This document shows positions 25,198 to 32,651 of a DNA stretch of 32,651 bases, piece after piece. Both the position numbers and the translations under genes were made by a program. Under the pieces are notes generated by a model. That model searched no databases and was not told the DNA's origin. It saw only the letters and a list, made by a program, of their open reading frames with translations. Source of the stretch: a virus (Duplodnaviria; Caudoviricetes); IMG/VR virus record IMGVR_UViG_3300005573_001290, positions 1 through 32,651 of that record, one strand, 5' to 3'. The first letter of the stretch is position 1. Each line of letters opens with the position of its first letter.

Positions 25198-28100
25198 TCA
25201 TCCGCCGCGGATCCAACTGGATCGCACCACCGATCGCCGCACCGGTTTGACCAACGGCTCAGCCGGCGCCAACACCTCCGGCTCCATTTCAGTTCTGTGC
25301 CGCGGCCGCGCCGCCTCCAGTTCCCTCCACTGCCGCTCCGCAAAGCGGTCCATGCCGTAAATGGCCGCCGCCGCCCGCGCATAGCAGCGCGCATCCAGCG
25401 CCTCGTTGCGGCGGTTGGGGTCCTTCACCCACTGCCCCTTGATGAAGCTCTCCGCCGTCAACTGCCGGAAGTACTCCTCCGTGTAGCGCGGAAAATGACA
25501 GTAGCCCGCCGGGTACGGCTCGCCGCTCTCCTCGGCCGGTTTCGGAAGCCGGAGCCAGCTATAAAGCTGCGACTTGGCCACCGGCGTCCCAAGCGTCCAC
25601 ACCCGCACCGCGCGGCGCTTGGAGGCCGTGTCGGCCGCGCTCGCGCCCACGATCAGCCGATCGGAGCGGGCCGTGCCTTTGACCGCCACTGCCGTCTTGG
25701 GATGGGGCGCGCGGGCCCCCGCCGGCCCCCAGCTCGCCTGCGGGTGGCGCCGCACCCAGTCGTAAACCAACTGCGGGTTGTATCCTGAGTCGATGCACAA
25801 CACCCGGATCGGCAGCCCGCTGAACTCCTCCTCCAGCAGCGCATCGAGCTCCCGCCAGAGGCCCCATTCGGCAATGTCCCCCACCAGCACCCGGTAGTCC
25901 ACCGACCAGGACTCCTTGCCCCGGCCCCAGGCCACGATCTCCACCTCGATGCGGTCCTTCTGCACGTCCGCGCCCGCCGTCAGGAAGAGCCCGCCCTCGG
26001 GCACGCTCCCGATCCGGTAATCCTCCCGGCGCTCATAGAGCGGCTGCCAGTCGGGCGCCTCCCCGCGCTCCTGCCACGACTCGCCCAGCACCAGGTTGAC
26101 GAACGACTTCAACCGCTCCACGTCCCCCTGCGCCTTCTCCCAGTCCTCGGCCGCCCGCTCCCACGAGTACCAGCCCACCGGGCTGTAGAGGCTCGACAGG
26201 TGGTAGCCGCGGGTGCGCCCGTCGCCGGCGGCTTCCGGTCGCCACTCCCCGCGCGCCAGCATCGCCGCCTTGTGGTGGTTGTAGATGGCCTGCTCACAGG
26301 CAATGCAATAATAGGCCGCCTTCTGCGGCTCGCCCTTGGGCCAGCGCAGCCGCTCGAACTTCAGCACCTGGAACTCGCCACAGTGCGGGCACGGGACCCA
26401 GTAACGCCGCTGGTCGCTCTCGGCGAAGGCCGCCTCAATCCGGCTCCAGCCCGCAACCAGCGGCGTCGAGACCATCAACACCTTGCGCCGCGAGAAGGTC
26501 CGCGTGCGAGCGTAGGCGAGGTTGATTGGATCGCCTTCCCCGTCCACGTCCCCCGGATAGGCGTCCACCTCGTCCAGGAACAGATACCGCACCGCCATCG
26601 AGCGCAAGCCCACCGCCGAGTTGGCCCCCGTCATCACCAACACCCCGCCGGGAAATTCCTTCGACAGCACCGTGTTGCCCGAGTCACGCGAGCGCGCCGG
26701 CTTGACCAGTTCCCGCAGCGCCTCGCTCTCCTCAATCAGCGGATCGATCCTTTGCTTAGAGTTGCGCTTGGCCAGCTCGACGGTGGGCTGCACCACCATC
26801 ATCGGGCCGGGCGACTTGTGAATCACGTAGCCGACGAAGTTGTTCCCGGCCTCGGTGTTGTGAGTCGGGATCATGGATCGGCCGGCGAGAAACAAATGAC
26901 TCGGCGAGTCGACCGCGATGCAGCGCACTGGCACGGAGTCGACTCTTCGGATGGAGACAATCCTGCGCCTCTCCGTCTCGGTTGTGCGCCGGCCGGTGCG
27001 GCCTACCTGTCTACGCAACTTCCGGCCCAGCCGGAAAACAGGAATGTCGTCATAGACCATGAACGAGACGCGCCAACCCTCTCGCGACTGCATTGGCCTA
27101 CCGCAGATGACCTGCCGTTTGGGCTCCCGCCGGTAGATTGTGGCTTTCAGGCCCAGAGTCATGAGCAGTTCATAGACACCGCGGAGCAGCGCGGGTGTGT
27201 GCGTCGTGTACTCGCATCGGCCCTCCCGGCAGATATGCCCGTCGGAGTCCATTAAGCCCTGAAGCAGAGCGAGCCTCTGGCTGAAGCTTCCGCGAAGATA
27301 GGCTGCGGGGATGTGTTTGTTGCCGACAACGCCGAGGTCACGCAGACAGCCCATGAAGTACGTTTCCCCCTCGGCGACTGCCACCGGGCCAAACGAGCCG
27401 TCTTTGAGTCTTTCCGCCCGGCGCCCGCCATCCACGAGGAGATCGGCCGTGCGGCCCTTTCTCCACCAGGGCAATCGGTACTCGACCTTGACCCGCGATT
27501 GTGCCAGATGATCCACAATCTCGTGATCGTCCTCATGGATGGTGATGTGGTTCATCACCGCGTTGCCGTTGCCAAGCCAGTACCCGAGCAGGTAGGGGTC
27601 CAAGGGGAATGGGGACTCTGGCAGGCAGAGGGGGCCAGCAACATCGATGGCGAAGCGGTTTCTTTGCTTCCGCCCGCCTGCCTTGTGCCGCGGGTACATC
27701 GCCGCAGTCGTCGTCTTCACGAGCCGGCGTTTGCCGGGTCCCAAGTCATCCCAGGCAACCCACCGGTGCGAACCGTCCGACACGATGCGGCTGCCGTCGG
27801 AGAAGGTGACTTCAAAGCACTCTCGATCAAAGAAGACATCAGAGACGGCAATCACGCAGGCTGGATGGCCATTCTCATCAAACACCCGATCTCCGACACG
27901 AATCGTCCCCATCGTGGTCCACCCCTCCACGGTGGGTATCGCGGTATCGAGAGCGAGCGGCCCGCCGATCTGTGAGCCTTTCATAAACACCACACGCTCG
28001 ACGGGCGACGACGGCGAAAGCGAATCCATGACCTCCCGCAGGTACGGGGTTCGGTCGGTACGCCATGGCCCCGGCTCGGCCGCCGACTTGCCCGACAGCC

Positions 28101-28209
28101 GCCGGTAGCGGTCGGCCCACTCCGAGACCGTCAGCAGCGGATCCGGCCGCAGCCCCGCGCGGAAGGCCTCCTGGTAAACCTCAGTTGCCGTTTGCGCCGG
28201 CCAGCTCAT
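25198..28209 (-). CDS. terminase large subunit (GpA family) with intein
   Basis: PGPWRTDRTPYLRE, KGSQIGG|TE P-loop, LFLDEVDAYP, VSTP, CPHC, GADVQKDR, NEALD; 635 aa after removing the intein. Confidence 0.95.
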   Translation of the reverse strand: MSWPAQTATEVYQEAFRAGLRPDPLLTVSEWADRYRRLSGKSAAEPGPWRTDRTPYLREVMDSLSPSSPVERVVFMKGSQIGGPLALDTAIPTVEGWTTMGTIRVGDRVFDENGHPACVIAVSDVFFDRECFEVTFSDGSRIVSDGSHRWVAWDDLGPGKRRLVKTTTAAMYPRHKAGGRKQRNRFAIDVAGPLCLPESPFPLDPYLLGYWLGNGNAVMNHITIHEDDHEIVDHLAQSRVKVEYRLPWWRKGRTADLLVDGGRRAERLKDGSFGPVAVAEGETYFMGCLRDLGVVGNKHIPAAYLRGSFSQRLALLQGLMDSDGHICREGRCEYTTHTPALLRGVYELLMTLGLKATIYRREPKRQVICGRPMQSREGWRVSFMVYDDIPVFRLGRKLRRQVGRTGRRTTETERRRIVSIRRVDSVPVRCIAVDSPSHLFLAGRSMIPTHNTEAGNNFVGYVIHKSPGPMMVVQPTVELAKRNSKQRIDPLIEESEALRELVKPARSRDSGNTVLSKEFPGGVLVMTGANSAVGLRSMAVRYLFLDEVDAYPGDVDGEGDPINLAYARTRTFSRRKVLMVSTPLVAGWSRIEAAFAESDQRRYWVPCPHCGEFQVLKFERLRWPKGEPQKAAYYCIACEQAIYNHHKAAMLARGEWRPEAAGDGRTRGYHLSSLYSPVGWYSWERAAEDWEKAQGDVERLKSFVNLVLGESWQERGEAPDWQPLYERREDYRIGSVPEGGLFLTAGADVQKDRIEVEIVAWGRGKESWSVDYRVLVGDIAEWGLWRELDALLEEEFSGLPIRVLCIDSGYNPQLVYDWVRRHPQASWGPAGARAPHPKTAVAVKGTARSDRLIVGASAADTASKRRAVRVWTLGTPVAKSQLYSWLRLPKPAEESGEPYPAGYCHFPRYTEEYFRQLTAESFIKGQWVKDPNRRNEALDARCYARAAAAIYGMDRFAERQWRELEAARPRHRTEMEPEVLAPAEPLVKPVRRSVVRSSWIRGG
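26857..27960 (-). mobile_element. intein (368 aa), class-3 type, with LAGLIDADG-like domain
   Basis: Starts PLALDT, ends IPTHN|T; W (SHRW), C (VPVRCIAV) and T (PTHN) triplet; YLLGYWLGNG and LLQGLMDSDG motifs. Confidence 0.92.
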
Positions 28210-28672
28210 CGAGCGCCTTGCGAATCTCCCCGGTCAGAATCTGATGCACCCGGTCGGCGTCGGACTCCGAGGCCAGCAACGCCGCCAGACGGTCCGGAAG
28301 GTTCAACAGGTTGTCGCGCACCGTGCGGGCCAAGGTGAAGGCCGCCACCTGCACCTCGTCGCGGCTGACCAGCTTGGCGGTCTTCTCCTCGAACTCGATC
28401 TTGGCCAGCCGCGCCAGGTAGCTCTCGCGGATGGCCCGCGCCTTGAAGTAATCCAGGCCGCCGGCAGCCTCGCCGCGCGGGGTTTCTGTTCCGCGATGCG
28501 CCGCCCTGCCTTGTCCCGGCCGCGTCCTGGCCTCCCAGTCCGCATCGGCCTGCTCGCTGTCGATCCGCCCATCCGGCGTGGTTTGAATCCGCCCGGTCTG
28601 AATCGCCTTCTGGACGGCTGAAAGCCGCACGCCACGGTGTTTGGCGTAAGCCCGCAAGCTCACCAGCGGCAT
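28181..28672 (-). CDS. terminase small subunit (Nu1-like)
   Basis: N-terminal HTH SLRAYAKHRGVRLSAVQKAI, coiled coil, overlaps the TerL start. Confidence 0.85.
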   Translation of the reverse strand: MPLVSLRAYAKHRGVRLSAVQKAIQTGRIQTTPDGRIDSEQADADWEARTRPGQGRAAHRGTETPRGEAAGGLDYFKARAIRESYLARLAKIEFEEKTAKLVSRDEVQVAAFTLARTVRDNLLNLPDRLAALLASESDADRVHQILTGEIRKALDELAGANGN

Positions 28673-28826
28673 CCCGCGCCACCTTGGCCTACAAGCCCGT
28701 AAGTGCTAGAAAACACGCCGAATAAAGATACCAACTCTTCGCAGATTTCCCTTGACTCTTTTTCCAAGTTAAGCGATGAATGAAGTCACGATGATCAACG
28801 GATACAACACGCAAGGAGAAAGGACG

Positions 28827-29021
28827 ATGGAAAGATTAGTTCATTTGGATAACGCTTGTGAATCATTGGAAGACGCAGTAGCGGCGCTGATGAAAGCCTA
28901 CAAAGAACTCCAACAAGCATGCGATGGCCAGTTCGAAGAAGAGGGAAAGCGCAAGCATTTAGCGGAGCTCAAAGCCATGATTAACAAAGCAGAAGCGTTA
29001 ATCGGTTCCTTACAAGCATAA
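28827..29021 (+). CDS. hypothetical protein (AT-richer, helical)
   Basis: AAGGAGAAAGGA RBS before ATG 28827. Confidence 0.65.
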   Translation: MERLVHLDNACESLEDAVAALMKAYKELQQACDGQFEEEGKRKHLAELKAMINKAEALIGSLQA

Positions 29022-29034
29022 GGGAGACTAAACC

Positions 29035-29268
29035 ATGCCGAAACAGATAACAGCCACAATCACCAAGGAAGACTTGATGAAACAGCTCAGCGAACTCATC
29101 GACATGCTGCCCATGGCGGCCGATGACTACCACAACGAGGTGTCCGAAGGTTTCAGCGAGGAAATGGCCGCCGAACAGCTTCAGGAGGCCATAAAGCACG
29201 TGGCCCTTGCCCGGGCCACCCTCGGCGTGATCGAACCCGCCCTGGACCGAGGTCTGATCCACGGCTAA
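29035..29268 (+). CDS. hypothetical acidic helical protein
   Basis: AAGGGAG RBS, operon context. Confidence 0.7.
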   Translation: MPKQITATITKEDLMKQLSELIDMLPMAADDYHNEVSEGFSEEMAAEQLQEAIKHVALARATLGVIEPALDRGLIHG

Positions 29269-29279
29269 GGGAGACAACC

Positions 29280-29513
29280 ATGGCCATCACCCGCGAAGAA
29301 TTAATCGCCTGGGCCCGCCGCCACGGGTGGGCCCTCGACCGCTGGGGCCACCTCCAGAAGACGCAAAACGGCACGACCTACCGCCTCAAGCTCAGCCGTA
29401 TCGCCGCCCGGTACGAACTGAAATCCTCCGCCGGATGGGTCCGTCTCCGCAGCGGCTACTACAAAAACTTAACCATCACCGACGCCGGCCAACTCACCGG
29501 CATGACCCGATGA
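29280..29513 (+). CDS. hypothetical basic protein
   Basis: AAGGGAG RBS, operon context. Confidence 0.7.
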   Translation: MAITREELIAWARRHGWALDRWGHLQKTQNGTTYRLKLSRIAARYELKSSAGWVRLRSGYYKNLTITDAGQLTGMTR

Positions 29514-29527
29514 AAGGACAACTACCC

Positions 29528-30121
29528 ATGACTGCATTCGCCATCCTCGAAACCAACGTCACCGCTTACCCCACGGTGGCTGAAGCCAAACAAGCCGTGG
29601 CGGCCGCCGCCGACTCGGATCCGCGCCTGGTCGTCACCTCCGAGGCCGAACTGGCATCGAGCCCGCTCTCCGTAGGCCAGCTCGTCGACATCTGGAACGG
29701 CTTTGCCGGCGTGGTCCCCTTTGACGATCTCAAACCGGTCAAGAAGTTCACCGACCGCAAGACGGCCGTCAACCGGATCTGGCGCGCCCTCCAGCGCCTG
29801 GCGCCGAGCCCGGCCCGAGAAAAGGCCCCTCCTGCGCCCCAGGCCGCCAAGGTTGCGCCGAAAAAGGCCAGGACGCCCAAGGAGGCCACTGCCCCGTCCG
29901 GATCGCCCCCAGCGCGCCCGGGCACCAAGACGGCCATCGTCCTCGAGCTCCTGCGCCGCCCCGAGGGCGCCACGCTCGCCGAGCTGATGGCCGCCACCGG
30001 CTGGCAACCCCACAGCGTCCGCGGCTTCCTGTCCGGAGGCCTCGGCAAGAAGATGGGACTCACGGTCGAATCTCTCAAGACCGCCGAAGGCGCCCGCGCG
30101 TATCGAATCAAGACTCAGTAG
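29528..30121 (+). CDS. DUF3489 domain protein (winged-HTH-like)
   Basis: RPGTKTAIVLELLRRPEGATLAELMAATGWQPHSVRGFLSG...RAYRI; AAAGGA RBS. Confidence 0.88.
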   Translation: MTAFAILETNVTAYPTVAEAKQAVAAAADSDPRLVVTSEAELASSPLSVGQLVDIWNGFAGVVPFDDLKPVKKFTDRKTAVNRIWRALQRLAPSPAREKAPPAPQAAKVAPKKARTPKEATAPSGSPPARPGTKTAIVLELLRRPEGATLAELMAATGWQPHSVRGFLSGGLGKKMGLTVESLKTAEGARAYRIKTQ

Positions 30122-30139
30122 CCTCCGCGCCGCTCCTCC

Positions 30140-30173
30140 GCCGCCAGCCTTCGTCGCTGGCGGCTTCTGTATT
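30140..30173 (+). terminator. intrinsic terminator after the DUF3489 operon
   Basis: GCCGCCAGC-7 nt-GCTGGCGGC followed by TTCTGTATT. Confidence 0.65.
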
Positions 30174-30281
30174 CTGCCGTCCAATCCCTTCGATCCGTTC
30201 CGCCCAGAACGAGCCAGGCGGCGACCGCATCCAGCGGCGCCGCCGTTGCCTCGCCCGGCGGATGGCCGGCCTCTATTACTG

Positions 30282-30310
30282 TTGACGGAATACCATCCGT
30301 GTCATAGACT
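30282..30310 (+). promoter_or_regulatory. sigma70-type promoter of higBA with imperfect inverted repeat
   Basis: TTGACG-17 bp-TAGACT; ACGGA...TCCGT repeat; TTG start 5 nt after the -10 box. Confidence 0.75.
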
Positions 30311-30315
30311 GGAAC

Positions 30316-30594
30316 TTGATCCGCTCGTTTCGATGCCGGGACACGGCCGCGCTGTTCGCCGACCAGCTTGTGCCGCGCTTCCGCTCCATCGAACGGGCGG
30401 CCCGGCGCAAGCTGCTGTGCCTGCACGCCGCCCGGCGGCTGGAGGATCTCCGTTGCCCTCCGGGCAATCATCTGGAGGCGCTCAAAGGCGGCCGGGCCGG
30501 GCAGCACAGCATCCGCATCAACGACCGTTGGCGGATCTGCTTCGTCTGGCGCGGCGGCGAAGCCCATGAGGTGGAAATCGTCGACTATCACTGA
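30316..30594 (+). CDS. higB: HigB toxin (RelE/ParE superfamily, plasmid-killer type)
   Basis: MIRSFR...DLRCPPGNHLEALKG...GQHSIRINDRWRICF...VEIVDYH. Confidence 0.92.
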   Translation: MIRSFRCRDTAALFADQLVPRFRSIERAARRKLLCLHAARRLEDLRCPPGNHLEALKGGRAGQHSIRINDRWRICFVWRGGEAHEVEIVDYH

Positions 30595-30603
30595 GAGGCG
30601 GCC

Positions 30604-30912
30604 ATGGCCAAGAAACCACAGCAACTGGAACCCATCCATCCCGGCGAGATCCTGGCCGAGGAGTTCATGAAGCCGCTCGGCCTCAGCATCAACGCCCTGG
30701 CGCGGGACCTCCACGTGCCGCCCAACCGCATTCACGGCATTGTGCACGGCGTGCGCTCGATTAGCGCCGATACGGCCCTGCGGCTGGCGGCCTACTTCGG
30801 CACGTCCGCCGAACTCTGGCTCAATCTGCAATCGGAGTACGATCTGCGGCAGGCGCGCCGGACCCTTGGCCCGGAGATCGAACGCACGGTGCGGAAGCGT
30901 CCGGCGGCGTGA
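30604..30912 (+). CDS. higA: HigA antitoxin
   Basis: PIHPGEILAEEFMKPLGLS...ISADTALRLAAYFGTSAELWLNLQ. Confidence 0.93.
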   Translation: MAKKPQQLEPIHPGEILAEEFMKPLGLSINALARDLHVPPNRIHGIVHGVRSISADTALRLAAYFGTSAELWLNLQSEYDLRQARRTLGPEIERTVRKRPAA

Positions 30913-31087
30913 ACGGCTCGGTTCGCCGCTCGCGCTCGCGCTCTAGAATCCGCAACTCCTGCGCCCAGTCGTGCAGCGCCAGGCACAGACCATCGATGTC
31001 CGGATGGCCCGCACGGAGCAACGCCTCCACCTCGGCCATCTCCCGCCGGCACCGCTCGACCTCACGCTGGTACTCGCCGCCGCTCAT
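30821..31087 (-). CDS. hypothetical protein; 3' end runs antisense into higA
   Basis: MSGGEYQREVERCRRE...AGHPDIDGLCLALHDW; GAGGAGG RBS; overlaps the methylase stop. Confidence 0.6.
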   Translation of the reverse strand: MSGGEYQREVERCRREMAEVEALLRAGHPDIDGLCLALHDWAQELRILERERERRTEPFTPPDASAPCVRSPGQGSGAPAADRTPIAD

Positions 31088-32321
31088 CGGCCACCTCCTC
31101 GAAGCTACGCCCATCCCCATCCAGCATGGCCTGCCGGCCCGAGTACTCCTGCCACCGCCGCACGATGACGTCACAGTACCTCGGCTCCAACTCAATCAGC
31201 CGCGCCTGCCGGCCGGTCTTCTCGCAGGCGATCAGCGTCGAGCCCGACCCGGCGAAAGGATCCAATACCGTATCCCGGCTCTTGCTCGAGTTCCGAATGG
31301 CCCGCTCGATTAGCTCCACCGGCTTCATGGTCGGGTGCAGGTCGTTGGCGACGGGCTTCTTCACAAACCACACATCGCCCTGGTCGCGGGCGCCGCACCA
31401 GTAATGCTCCGCGCCTTCCTTCCAGCCGTACAGGATCGGCTCATACTGCCGCTGGTAATCCGACCGCCCCATCGTGAAGGTGTTCTTGGCCCAGATGAGG
31501 AACGTGGACCAGTGGCCGCCCGCCTCGGTGAACGCGCGGTAGAGGGTGTGCAACTCGGACGACGACATGCAGAGGTAGACGGCGCCCTTGGTGACGGTGA
31601 GGATATTCGTGCAGGCGTCGCGCAGGAAGCTCTCAAAGCCATCACCGAGATCGTCGTTGGCGATCTTGCGTTTCTTTCCCCGCAACTTGTCCTTCATGGT
31701 TGCGCCGTAGTTCACGTTGTACGGCGGGTCGCTGAAGACCATGTCCGCCAAGCCGCCCGTCAAGACCTTGTCCACGTCAGAGATCTGCGTCGCGTCCCCG
31801 CACAACAGCCGGTGATCGCCAAGCGCCCACACGTCGCCGGAAACTGTGACCGCCGCCTCCGGCGCCGCCGGGACGGCGTCTTCGTCCGTCAGCCCCGGGG
31901 CCTCGGCCTCCGGCTCCGCCAGCAGCGCCTCCAGCTCCGCCTCGCCGAAACCCAGCAGGTCGAGGTTGAAATCCTCCTCCCGCAAGGCCTCGAGCTCCAG
32001 CCGCAGCAGCTCCTCATCCCAGCCCGCGCTGAGAGCCAGCCGGTTGTCGGCGATCACCAGTGCCCGCCTCTGCGCCGGCGTCAGGTGCTCCAGCACGATC
32101 ACCGGAACCTCGGCCAGGCCCAGCTTCCGCGCCGCCGCCAGCCGCGCATGGCCGGCGATCATCACGCCGTCGGACCCCACTAAGATCGGGTTCACAAACC
32201 CAAACTCGGCGATCGACGCCGCCACCTGCGCCACCTGCTCCTCGCTGTGCGTGCGCGGATTCCGGGCGAAGGGAATCAGCCGCTCGGTGGGCCAAGGCTG
32301 GATGTGGAGGTCCGGATTCAC
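31062..32321 (-). CDS. ParB-like N-terminal domain + N4/N6 DNA methyltransferase (beta order)
   Basis: LIPFARNPRTHS...SIAEFGFVNPIL...AGHAR; DPPY precedes LDPFAGSGS; HPTMKPV. Confidence 0.93.
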   Translation of the reverse strand: MNPDLHIQPWPTERLIPFARNPRTHSEEQVAQVAASIAEFGFVNPILVGSDGVMIAGHARLAAARKLGLAEVPVIVLEHLTPAQRRALVIADNRLALSAGWDEELLRLELEALREEDFNLDLLGFGEAELEALLAEPEAEAPGLTDEDAVPAAPEAAVTVSGDVWALGDHRLLCGDATQISDVDKVLTGGLADMVFSDPPYNVNYGATMKDKLRGKKRKIANDDLGDGFESFLRDACTNILTVTKGAVYLCMSSSELHTLYRAFTEAGGHWSTFLIWAKNTFTMGRSDYQRQYEPILYGWKEGAEHYWCGARDQGDVWFVKKPVANDLHPTMKPVELIERAIRNSSKSRDTVLDPFAGSGSTLIACEKTGRQARLIELEPRYCDVIVRRWQEYSGRQAMLDGDGRSFEEVADERRRVPA

Positions 32322-32587
32322 TGTTTGATGTACGGCGCCTCGGCCGGCGTGCCGTCTGGATTAGCAAAGTGTGCGAGCACGGCAGCCACGCCCTGCACCA
32401 CCGACAGCCCGACCATGGCCCAGAACTTGCCGCGCCCGGGTAGCAGGTCCATGGTGGCGTTCAATCCCTGCGCCGCCAACGCCAGCATCTGAATCGCAAC
32501 ATTGACAGAGAACTTCATCTTGCTGAGCTCCTTGAATCGTTGAATCACCGGCCGCAGCCGCCACAGGATGCGCAGCTCGCGAATCAC
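32318..32587 (-). CDS. small membrane protein, possibly holin-like
   Basis: GAGGA RBS before GTG 32587; two hydrophobic segments; NPDGT motif; GTGA overlap with the methylase; start uncertain. Confidence 0.55.
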   Translation of the reverse strand: MIRELRILWRLRPVIQRFKELSKMKFSVNVAIQMLALAAQGLNATMDLLPGRGKFWAMVGLSVVQGVAAVLAHFANPDGTPAEAPYIKQ

Positions 32588-32651
32588 GTCGTCCTCGTAA
32601 CCCACGATGCAGAGTGAGGGAGTCCGGGGGTCGAACCCGGCGTCCGCGTCG

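Larger units (their letters stand above)
916..32651 (-). mobile_element. lambda-like siphovirus prophage, late (packaging-head-tail) region; continues beyond the right edge
   Basis: Canonical order TerS-TerL(GpA)-gpW-portal-S49-decoration-capsid-neck-major tail-chaperone-TMP-tail tip-fibres, with tightly coupled ORFs. Confidence 0.95.

Noticed and set aside
28673-28775. cos site or IHF site upstream of terS
   Set aside because: Only a two-mismatch IHF-like match and no recognisable cosN symmetry or R repeats.
30115-30280. Degenerate duplicate of the 30821-31087 gene on the other side of higBA
   Set aside because: Similarity is limited to AGHP and DW, and the segment overlaps a terminator; too weak to support.

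Overview
Almost the whole window (about 916-32651) is the late (morphogenesis) region of a GC-rich, lambda-like siphoviral prophage on the minus strand. In transcription order it reads: small membrane protein, ParB-like/DNA methyltransferase, TerS, GpA-type TerL with a class-3-type intein, gpW, lambda-type portal, S49 protease with a nested scaffold start, decoration protein, major capsid E, neck and terminator genes, major tail, tail chaperone with a -1 slippery site, tape measure protein (TMP), a lysis-like pair, distal tail, a 1614-aa tail-tip protein, and tail-fibre-like genes. Two of these fibre-region genes begin with apparent Sec signal peptides. Seven toxin-antitoxin (TA) or toxin-immunity cassettes lie on the opposite strand at five gene junctions, most with compact promoters that look leaderless. 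Upstream of the TMP, three cassettes form a tandem array separated by two diverged orphan copies of the first ~39 TMP codons, which suggests repeated cassette capture at a fixed site. Three toxin genes (BrnT, VapC/PIN, HicA) are broken and one immunity-like gene has no toxin partner, while every antitoxin reading frame is intact. The left end is an internally deleted IS transposase remnant. No integrase, att site, reverse transcriptase or CRISPR array is visible. Family names come from motif recognition by eye, not database searches.
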